Shown here in pieces: positions 7,753-14,969 of a DNA stretch of 64,000 bases. Each line of letters starts with the position of its first letter. The first letter of the stretch is position 1. The notes beneath the pieces were generated by a model, which had not been told where the DNA came from, did not search any database, and saw nothing but the letters and a program-made list of their open reading frames with translations. The stretch comes from Gammaproteobacteria bacterium (GTDB taxonomy: Bacteria; Pseudomonadota; Gammaproteobacteria; SZUA-140). The translations under genes were made by a program, and so were the position numbers. The stretch is taken from contig JBHHVB010000006.1 in assembly GCA_046754065.1 (NCBI GenBank), positions 11,080 to 75,079 on the forward strand, in the 5' to 3' direction.

Positions 7753-8052
7753 TTAACCGTGTGCGCCGGCACTTTCAGCCTTTGCTTCCAGCTCACCGTG
7801 GCGACTCAACGCGACCATCGTAATGATCATGAAGGCCACCCCAAAAACAATCATCGACCAGTTTACAAAACCGTTGAAAGAAGTTGGATAATACTGCTGA
7901 GCTCCCCATCCCCCCCACATTTCAAATTTTCCGCGCCCCAAGGCACACATCATTGCGGCGCCAAACACACTACCGTTTCCCATGCCAGTTGTGACCCCGG
8001 CAATCAGACCTACCCAAAATGTCTTAGCGAATGACAATCTGTTATTTCCCAT
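7753..8052 (-). CDS. Hypothetical membrane protein (99 aa), first gene of the oxidase cluster
   Basis: ORF with two to three Gly-rich hydrophobic helices. A 500-bp non-coding region lies upstream. Confidence 0.5.
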   Translation of the reverse strand: MGNNRLSFAKTFWVGLIAGVTTGMGNGSVFGAAMMCALGRGKFEMWGGWGAQQYYPTSFNGFVNWSMIVFGVAFMIITMVALSRHGELEAKAESAGAHG

Positions 8053-8245
8053 GTGGCTCTCCCGTTCGCGATATCAAATTATTTGGCTTGTAACTGAACA
8101 ATGCAGTGAAATTAATCGAGTTATAATTTCGGTTTACATTGATTCAGAGTATTTATTCTTATCTCTCTACTTGAGTGGCGGCAGTTTTACATATACTTCC
8201 ATATACGTCAAGCCTTTATAAAGCAATAACAGCAGGCGGAAAAAC

Positions 8246-8274
8246 ATATTATTCTTGTCAAGTATGGGCGTCAA
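8246..8274 (-). promoter_or_regulatory. Candidate sigma-70 promoter for the oxidase cluster
   Basis: The minus strand reads TTGACG (8274-8269), a 17-nt spacer, then TAATAT (8251-8246), about 190 nt upstream of the first gene. This is a pattern match only. Confidence 0.25.
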
Positions 8275-8490
8275 AAATAAAAAAATATTTACATTACCTA
8301 AAGTTACACAAACCACAAGGTATCAAGCCTGCAACGCCCTAAGCTAAACCTTAAATATTTAAAATAAAAAAATAATTTGGTTAAATCCACCCGCTGCAAG
8401 TTATCCATAAACAAACATATCCACGCGCCATGAAATTACGTTAGAATTATGCCATTTAAAAACGGGTTGAGCGTGTCTTGTATAAGAAAA

Positions 8491-8534
8491 TGCCAATTTT
8501 GGCAGCAAGATTCAAAAGTTTTGAATTTAATCAA
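8491..8534. promoter_or_regulatory. Cluster of three dyad-symmetric elements (candidate regulator binding sites)
   Basis: TGCCAA-tt-TTGGCA at 8491-8504, the perfect palindrome ATTCAAAA-g-TTTTGAAT at 8510-8526, and TTGAATTTAATCAA at 8521-8534 (TTGA-N6-TCAA, an FNR/CRP-family-like box). All lie just upstream of the ATG at 8552. Confidence 0.3.
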
Positions 8535-8551
8535 TCTTTTTTACATAAAAT

Positions 8552-8788
8552 ATGCAAATCTCGATGAATAGCCGATACCCATTTCAGATCAAGGAAATCA
8601 TTATCTATGCGATGGTTGCGTTCGCATCTCTTGTGATACTTGGATATTCGGTACATATGTTGATTGGTGACATTGTCAGCCCCTCGACTGAAAAATTAGC
8701 TATCATCATCGCCTGCGTTGCTGGAGCCGCTGTCATCGCGTTTATGGCGTGGGACGTTGTAAAACAAAGAAAAAACAGAATGGGATAG
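8552..8788 (+). CDS. Hypothetical two-TM membrane protein (78 aa)
   Basis: ORF with two hydrophobic helices and a basic C-terminus. It is the only plus-strand gene between the two cytochrome clusters. Confidence 0.4.
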   Translation: MQISMNSRYPFQIKEIIIYAMVAFASLVILGYSVHMLIGDIVSPSTEKLAIIIACVAGAAVIAFMAWDVVKQRKNRMG

Positions 8789-8892
8789 CAGAAACGCTCA
8801 GGAACCGGACAGCGCGTCGATCTATTCTAGTAATTAACAAGTAATAGGGCAAAGCCGGACAGGAAACAATCTATTCCCACAAAGCCAGCAGG

Positions 8893-9345
8893 CTATTTAT
8901 AGATATTAAGCCTCGAGCATAGGTCCTTGTAATCGGCCTTACTGACAAACTGACCACGATGGAAAACGAACTGGCGCTTTTTACCCGTAATATCCATACC
9001 AGTCAAACCAAAAGATTTTCCCGCATAATCGGGATGAAAACGCAAATCTTTCGCTAAATCGACTTTATCGCCACCGTTTAGGTTTAACGCAACATTTTGC
9101 CTTGATACCTCCAGACTTTTAGGTGAAGAAGGTAACACCAGTAATCTGGTCAAAATGCGGTTCATACCAATGAAAAATATAAAACTTGCCAGAAAGAACA
9201 ACACGTAAGCAAGGGTTTGCCCACCGCTATACCATTGCTTGAAACAGAATGACAATAGCAGTAATACTGTTGGCACATAAAGCACCAAATCCCACAAAAT
9301 GCCTTTTTTATCTTTTACGAGTTGATAACTTGAGACTTCACCCAT
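8893..9345 (-). CDS. Hypothetical membrane protein (two TM helices plus a ~80-aa soluble C-terminal domain)
   Basis: ORF starting 3 nt after the stop of the thioredoxin-like gene. It is the last gene of a tightly coupled four-gene unit. Confidence 0.5.
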   Translation of the reverse strand: MGEVSSYQLVKDKKGILWDLVLYVPTVLLLLSFCFKQWYSGGQTLAYVLFFLASFIFFIGMNRILTRLLVLPSSPKSLEVSRQNVALNLNGGDKVDLAKDLRFHPDYAGKSFGLTGMDITGKKRQFVFHRGQFVSKADYKDLCSRLNIYK

Positions 9346-9348
9346 GAC

Positions 9349-9846
9349 CTAACCCGCAGCTAAAGCATTTTGAATCACTGCATCCAGTTCGCCATATAAC
9401 AAACGCCCAGCCTGCTTGAACTGGACAACATTATTCTCGTCAATCACAAATGTCCAGGGATCACCCTGAATCTGATACGCGATAAAGGCTGCGGTATTCT
9501 GGTACTGATCCATATGTAAAAACAGAATATCTTCGCCATATTTATTGATTAGTGCCTTCAGCATCTGTAATTGCTTATCACAAACCGTACAGTGTCCTGG
9601 TGTAGCAAATTCAAGAACGACAGGCTTTCCAGTGGCTAATGCATCATCCAGCGAATATTGGTACATCCGTTCATCAGGTTGCCTGTATGTGGTAATACGA
9701 CTAAAGTCACCATCAACATCGGCAAGGGTTTTGGTTTTTAGGCTGGGTGCTTTCATCCCGACTCTCAAGCTGCTTCCCTCGGGCTTAAAGTCACAGCCAC
9801 TTAACAACAATGCTGTAAAAACAATTATTAGAAGCGCTAATCTCAT
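9349..9846 (-). CDS. Thioredoxin-fold (TlpA/ResA/Sco-like) lipoprotein with a CxxC motif
   Basis: I prefer the Met at 9844-9846, giving MRLALLIIVFTALLLSGC, a lipoprotein signal with an LSGC lipobox. That start forms an ATGA overlap with the upstream stop. The redox motif reads FATPGHCTVCDKQL. Confidence 0.65.
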   Translation of the reverse strand: MRLALLIIVFTALLLSGCDFKPEGSSLRVGMKAPSLKTKTLADVDGDFSRITTYRQPDERMYQYSLDDALATGKPVVLEFATPGHCTVCDKQLQMLKALINKYGEDILFLHMDQYQNTAAFIAYQIQGDPWTFVIDENNVVQFKQAGRLLYGELDAVIQNALAAG

Positions 9847-10376
9847 ATTTGTTTTTCCCACCCCATACATGTTCTGAATATATTATACCCCCAAATGCAG
9901 TTGGCCAATAATACCATTGAACCAAACATACCCATCATAGCCAGAATAGGGCGAATTATAGCTTCAACCTGTTCAGGTGATGAATGAACACTGGCATTCC
10001 CACCCAACACACCAGCAGTGGTAAACAAAACCACCATACCAATGAGCCCAAAATTATGAATCCAGAAGTGGGCTATAACCAACTTAAGACTAAATATAGG
10101 CCGTTTTACCAATCTGGGAATGATAAAATAGATCGCGCCAAAGATAGCCATTTCCACCCAACCCAGCAGATTTATATGGGTATGCGCCCGAACAATTAAA
10201 TTACCATGCATCCTGTGGTCAACAAAGTGACGAAATTCAGCGATACCGCCCATCATCGCTCCCCAGGAAAAGCCAATAATGCTATATATTACACATGCAT
10301 AGATAAACCACAGCGTGTATCTAGTATAAACTTTGTCCTGCACCCAGGGCTCATTCATTTCGCTGTTGTCCCTCAC
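9843..10376 (-). CDS. Mini haem-copper-oxidase-like membrane protein, homologous to only the C-terminal helices (about IX-XII) of CcoN
   Basis: An ungapped comparison with the CcoN in this window gives about 21 identities over 67 positions. The mini protein segment is LIVRAHTHINLLGWVEMAIFGAIYFIIPRLVKRPIFSLKLVIAHFWIHNFGLIGMVVLFTTAGVLGG. The CcoN segment is GWIVAHAHLALLGFSTFLEGAAVYYGLQTVMRRKLYSLALANFHFWFLLIGFCTYWISITIAGLIQG. The HxH, LLG, FSL/YSL, HFW and AG..GG positions are retained. The CuB ligands and the helix-II His are absent. Confidence 0.75.
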   Translation of the reverse strand: MRDNSEMNEPWVQDKVYTRYTLWFIYACVIYSIIGFSWGAMMGGIAEFRHFVDHRMHGNLIVRAHTHINLLGWVEMAIFGAIYFIIPRLVKRPIFSLKLVIAHFWIHNFGLIGMVVLFTTAGVLGGNASVHSSPEQVEAIIRPILAMMGMFGSMVLLANCIWGYNIFRTCMGWEKQI

Positions 10377-10965
10377 CCATTATTTCATTTTGCTTATCTG
10401 ACGATCTGACATCCTTGTACTTTTCTTTCCACCCTTCAGGTGCCCAGGTTCCAATCATCTCATCAATAAATTCAGACCGGCCCTCTGGCGGTAGCGGTGC
10501 GGTCGATGCCCCTCTTTCGGCTCTTAATCCGGAAAGAAAGGCTGCTATCAGTTGAAGATCCTCATCTGGCATATCGGCCACATAACCCGCTTCTTTTCCT
10601 GATCCATGGTCGAGGGTTACGGTGTTGTGTTCTTCCTCATATGCGGACTCCGGGTCCGTCAAAAAGGTATATATCCAGTCTCGGCTTCTGCGCGAACCCA
10701 ACCCGTCTAAAGACAGCCCCATACTCGTCCCACTTCCCATGGCTCGATGGCACGAGGAACAACGTCCCTTTCTAAAGAGAATTGATCCCTTTTTTCCTTC
10801 CTCTGAAAAATCGTAATGGGTTTTACTGGCAAACATCGGTTTATCTGTAGTAAGGCGTATTGTTTCCATCGCGACGTATGCGATGAAACACACCCCGATA
10901 AACGCAATGATAATACCAAATAATATTTTTTCACCTTGCTTTAGAGGCTGTTTAGCTTTTGCCAT
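10351..10965 (-). CDS. Membrane-anchored monohaem c-type cytochrome (paralogue of 3155..3664)
   Basis: N-terminal TM helix, a single CSSCH motif and a candidate Met ligand (VADMPDE). It shares LDGxGSxRxxDWxYT and FLxxL blocks with the 169-aa cytochrome. Its 3' end overlaps the mini-HCO gene. Confidence 0.8.
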   Translation of the reverse strand: MAKAKQPLKQGEKILFGIIIAFIGVCFIAYVAMETIRLTTDKPMFASKTHYDFSEEGKKGSILFRKGRCSSCHRAMGSGTSMGLSLDGLGSRRSRDWIYTFLTDPESAYEEEHNTVTLDHGSGKEAGYVADMPDEDLQLIAAFLSGLRAERGASTAPLPPEGRSEFIDEMIGTWAPEGWKEKYKDVRSSDKQNEIMGEGQQRNE

Positions 10966-11033
10966 GAGGTAGACTTTCTATAATGTTTTGGGAGATGGAA
11001 GGCGTTTTGAGTCGTATAAAACCCGGAGAAAAC

Positions 11034-11058
11034 AAAGGCGGGCATAATACCCGCCTTT
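11034..11058. terminator. Intrinsic terminator downstream of the dihaem cytochrome gene
   Basis: The stem is AAAGGCGGG pairing with CCCGCCTTT, with a 7-nt loop. On the minus strand the hairpin is followed by TTTGTTTTCTCC. Confidence 0.6.
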
Positions 11059-11080
11059 TAAAAAAGATACAACTTGATTT

Positions 11081-11860
11081 TTAGTGATCTTCGAACTGCC
11101 TGTGTGCCCTTGGACGACCCATTTCGCCTGGACTCTGGGTTCTGGAACCTGTGGAACTCAGGAAAGTCGCAAGGTCCCTGATATCATTATCATCCAAAAG
11201 CTGAGCAACTTTTTGCATGGCTTCATGAGGATCATTGTGTCTTGCACCACTTCTCCAGTTTTTAAGCTGATTGGTGATGTATACATATTTCTGTAAACCA
11301 ATCAACGGGAAGATCGGATCAACACCACGACCATTGTAACCATGACAAGACCGGCAAGCAGGTATCCCTTTGTCGGTATCTCCGTAATTAACAAGCGCTT
11401 TGCCTCGGTACGAAACACCAATTTCTGTACCACCCGCTTCCAGCGCCTTCAAATCAGATGGTTGAAAATCAGCATCCCAGGTGCTAACAAAGGCGGCAAT
11501 GTCGATTCTATCCTGCTCTGACAATCCCAACGCATTGGTATTCATAACAAACATGGTTGTATCCTGGCGCTTACAGGTTGAATGGTCTTCAGGATTTGAA
11601 CAGGTGCCAAAATCAGTTAATTGCTTGACAATGAACTGATAAACCTGACCGACCAGGCGTGGCGTTCCTAAAGCATCATTACCTTCGCCATGCTCGCCAT
11701 GGCATGAAGTACAGGCCGGTACATCGCCCTTACCATTCATGAAAATATTTTTACCGTTGCCAGGATTAGCGTGCGATAAATCAACCGCACTAGCAGAAGT
11801 AGATATTACAAAACCAATAACTATTGCGGTACTCGGTATTAACTTGGCTAGAAGCGACAT
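11081..11860 (-). CDS. Periplasmic dihaem c-type cytochrome (c4-like)
   Basis: Signal peptide (AIVIGFVISTSASA) and two haem motifs, CTSCH and CRSCH, in two repeated class-I-like halves. Confidence 0.85.
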   Translation of the reverse strand: MSLLAKLIPSTAIVIGFVISTSASAVDLSHANPGNGKNIFMNGKGDVPACTSCHGEHGEGNDALGTPRLVGQVYQFIVKQLTDFGTCSNPEDHSTCKRQDTTMFVMNTNALGLSEQDRIDIAAFVSTWDADFQPSDLKALEAGGTEIGVSYRGKALVNYGDTDKGIPACRSCHGYNGRGVDPIFPLIGLQKYVYITNQLKNWRSGARHNDPHEAMQKVAQLLDDNDIRDLATFLSSTGSRTQSPGEMGRPRAHRQFEDH

Positions 11861-11944
11861 GAGCTACCGTCCTCCCTTTTTCATTAAATTATATTTAGCA
11901 GGCTACAATCTTTGAAAATTATTTATTAAATGTAGTCTACGAGT

Positions 11945-12040
11945 TTACTTAGAATTTGCTTTGAGAATATACCAAGCAAGCCCCCAGGCTAACGGAAACC
12001 AAAGCGCGTACAGTGTGAAAACTTCTCCAGTTTGAAGCAT
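11945..12040 (-). CDS. Candidate 31-aa single-TM peptide upstream of the dihaem cytochrome
   Basis: My translation is MLQTGEVFTLYALWFPLAWGLAWYILKANSK. A GGAGG sequence lies 6 nt upstream of the ATG at 12038-12040. It shares the AWY[LI]L motif with the peptide at 7626..7715. Confidence 0.45.
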   Translation of the reverse strand: MLQTGEVFTLYALWFPLAWGLAWYILKANSK

Positions 12041-12556
12041 ATTAACCTCCCAATTGCTGCAAAAGCCCTAGCGGGCATTAACCCCCAAAACGGGTGTATG
12101 TATATCATGATCACAAGTCGTAATGCAAGATACACTTAATCCGATGAGTTGGGGATTGTAACCCTGTTAAATTCAAATGTTAAGTTCTAAATATCAAATA
12201 TTTCCCAAGGCTTGGCGATTAGCGAACTCAACAAGGTCCCAAGCACTGCTATTAATACCCTCAACTAACTATTTTTATTAGAATTTCCGGCAATATTAAG
12301 CATGCCTGGTTTAGTCCGGTATCTGGCTATTTTCGCCATCAAAATTCACTTAAACCGCCCTGGTGCCCCGTTGTATTTACTTGACCATTTTAGTCGGCAT
12401 CCTCAGATTACGAAATAATTTAATAGGTGTTGGCCTTCACAATTATCCTGCTTACACCGGAATACGCTTCCAATTTAATTCCAGGCATCTAGAAAGTGAC
12501 CAAAGTTATTATTTACGTTATTCTTTTGCGCTTTCGAAAATCCGTAACGACCGATT

Positions 12557-14014
12557 ATGACCTTATTAGAAAAATTGTTACCCAAAAACTGGACGCCCCG
12601 CTATTGGACACTGTTCAGCCTTTTATGCTGGGGTGGAGTTATCCTGTCATCAGGCGTTTTGCGTTTTGATGCCTATGGCATTGATGAATCAGCTGCTAAA
12701 GCATTGTTGCTCAGCTGGTCGGTTGCTGACAGGGTAATTAGCCCGGTGGTTATATTTGGTTTACCTGATTTTCGATCAATCCTTTTTTTACCTGTTGGTC
12801 TATATTGGCCGGGTAGCATTCTTGCGGCAAAGGTGTTTACGCTACTCATTATGTTTATCGGTGCAATGTTTTTTTACCGCTGGAACAAAAATAACAGCGG
12901 CGCTGAATCCGCATTAATCGCAACAGGCCTTTTACTTATTTCCCCTCTAACGCTGGCTCAAATCGACGCGATCGGTATAGGGCCCTACCTGATATTCACT
13001 TTTGGTCTGGGTATTTGGCTCGATCAAAAACACCGTACCGCAAATAAGCCTTTGGGTGCCTGGTATTTTATTCAACTTTTACTTATTGTATTTGCTGTCA
13101 GTCTTCATCCGATGGCTCTGGCTTACCCGATTGCACTTGCTATTTACTGGTACAACAATCCGGTGGATGAAAAACAACAGAAACATGCCTTCATAGGCAT
13201 AGGCTTAGCGACCATTTTCGCACTGCTTCTTCATATTGGATGGACACATGTCATCTGGTTTTCAAATCCATTTGGTTTATTCATCAATATAGTTATAGGA
13301 GAGTGGACCACCGATACCTTGCGCATGATGATAGGATCGGTACTTTTAGGCCTTTTGGTTATCACGCTGCTGGCAGATTGGAAAAGCCTGACGTCCAGCC
13401 TGACTGGTTTAATTTTAATGATTTCTTTTATCATCGGGTTAACCTGCGCTGATGAAACCTGGGCATTGCTATCATTTTTGCTACTCGTCTATCTTGGCAC
13501 GCCACGCCTGATACGCGTCAATGCAGCACTGGGCAAAAACGGTTTTGCGGGCCAACGTGGCATTGTCATGGTAGTATTTTCTTTATTGGCGATTTTATTC
13601 ATGCAAGCGGACAAGGCCCAGTACTATGCCAATGCACAAAACCAACTATCACCCCAAGACAGGTTAATCCTGACGCTGGAATCCATGTTTCTGGACATCG
13701 ATGAAGAAACCGAAATTCTGGTCATGAGTGAATGGCCGGCACGGACCATGCTCGCCACAAAGCGGAATGTACTGCCATTGCCTCCTTCTTTTGAGAACAG
13801 CCAGGAGCTAATGGAGAATATTAAGGGAACGACACATGTTATGTTCGATAAATCCAGCGAACAGAATAAGGTATTGGGGACTCAACTGGCCGAACTAAGC
13901 GGCCTGACCAAGACATTATCGCTTCAAGAAGGCGGCGTCATCATGGAGATCAAACGTTCATCCGACGACAAAAACATTCCTATGGGACATGACTCATTAC
14001 AAGGAATTCAATAA
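12557..14014 (+). CDS. Polytopic membrane protein (485 aa), possibly a GT-C-fold (ArnT/PMT-like) glycosyltransferase-like protein
   Basis: More than ten hydrophobic helices, an acidic first loop (FDAYGIDESAAK) and a soluble C-terminal ~110 aa. The functional guess is weak. Confidence 0.6.
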   Translation: MTLLEKLLPKNWTPRYWTLFSLLCWGGVILSSGVLRFDAYGIDESAAKALLLSWSVADRVISPVVIFGLPDFRSILFLPVGLYWPGSILAAKVFTLLIMFIGAMFFYRWNKNNSGAESALIATGLLLISPLTLAQIDAIGIGPYLIFTFGLGIWLDQKHRTANKPLGAWYFIQLLLIVFAVSLHPMALAYPIALAIYWYNNPVDEKQQKHAFIGIGLATIFALLLHIGWTHVIWFSNPFGLFINIVIGEWTTDTLRMMIGSVLLGLLVITLLADWKSLTSSLTGLILMISFIIGLTCADETWALLSFLLLVYLGTPRLIRVNAALGKNGFAGQRGIVMVVFSLLAILFMQADKAQYYANAQNQLSPQDRLILTLESMFLDIDEETEILVMSEWPARTMLATKRNVLPLPPSFENSQELMENIKGTTHVMFDKSSEQNKVLGTQLAELSGLTKTLSLQEGGVIMEIKRSSDDKNIPMGHDSLQGIQ

Positions 14015-14035
14015 TCAAGCCCTGTCACCCAAGGT

Positions 14036-14851
14036 TTATCGCTGGCATTTTGAACAATAAAAAGTCGATCGTTGTGCCAGATTGATTTTTTTAATCGCTG
14101 CGCCACATTGGAAACAGGGCTGGTCGGCTCGATCATATACCTTCAGGTGCTGACTGAAATACCCGGGCCTGCCATCGTTGTTTACAAAATCACGTAACGT
14201 TGTACCACCCTGTTTTATCGCCGCCGCAAGCACCTTTTGCATTGCTCTACAAAGTGCCCCAAGCCTGTCCATAGAGATTCGACCCGCTGCACGCTGGGGA
14301 TGTATATTGGCAAGAAATAATGCCTCACTTGCATAAATATTTCCCACACCAACGACTATCTTTGAATCCATGATAAATTGTTTGATCGAAATTTTTCGCC
14401 CTCTTGAACGCTCGTAAAGGTATTTCGCATTGAATAGCGGCATCAAGGGCTCAGGCCCAAGATTCTTTAAAAGCTCATGTTCCAGCGGATTTTTTCCGGT
14501 CCACAATACCAGACCGAATCGCCTGGGATCTCTGTAACGCAAGCATCGATTGTCATTAAACACAATATCAATATGATCATGTTTTTCCGGCTTAACTGAA
14601 TCTTCAACAATTCTTATCGACCCGCTCATTCCCAGATGGATTATTACCGACCCGGTATCCAACCCAAGAATGATATATTTTCCGCGCCGCTTAACACTTT
14701 TAACAATATTACCAGCCAGCTTACGATTAAAGCTTGCTGGCACGCGATACCTCAATCGCGCCTCACGAACCGTTACCCTACAGATTTTTTTATCGGTAAC
14801 ATAACGTGCTATTCCACGCCTGGTGGTTTCTACTTCTGGTAGTTCTGGCAT
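14036..14851 (-). CDS. mutM: Formamidopyrimidine-DNA glycosylase
   Basis: It has the MPELPEVETTRRG N-terminus, an H2TH region and a C-terminal zinc finger (CFQC...CSKCQ). Confidence 0.95.
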   Translation of the reverse strand: MPELPEVETTRRGIARYVTDKKICRVTVREARLRYRVPASFNRKLAGNIVKSVKRRGKYIILGLDTGSVIIHLGMSGSIRIVEDSVKPEKHDHIDIVFNDNRCLRYRDPRRFGLVLWTGKNPLEHELLKNLGPEPLMPLFNAKYLYERSRGRKISIKQFIMDSKIVVGVGNIYASEALFLANIHPQRAAGRISMDRLGALCRAMQKVLAAAIKQGGTTLRDFVNNDGRPGYFSQHLKVYDRADQPCFQCGAAIKKINLAQRSTFYCSKCQR

Positions 14852-14969
14852 CTTTCCATCAACTGTTAGCTTGATCTGGTATGATTGAATTTAACAAAGT
14901 TTGGCCATCGTGCGGACTGTTAGTTAAATTTATACTCGATAATCCAGTTATGTACAGTATTACTATGAT

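Noticed and set aside
8499-8515. A possible sigma-54 promoter (TTGGCAgcaagATTCA) near the oxidase locus. rpoN is present in the window.
   Set aside because: The -12 element would read TTCA instead of TTGC, and the GG-to-GC spacing does not fit. The reverse-strand reading fails as well.
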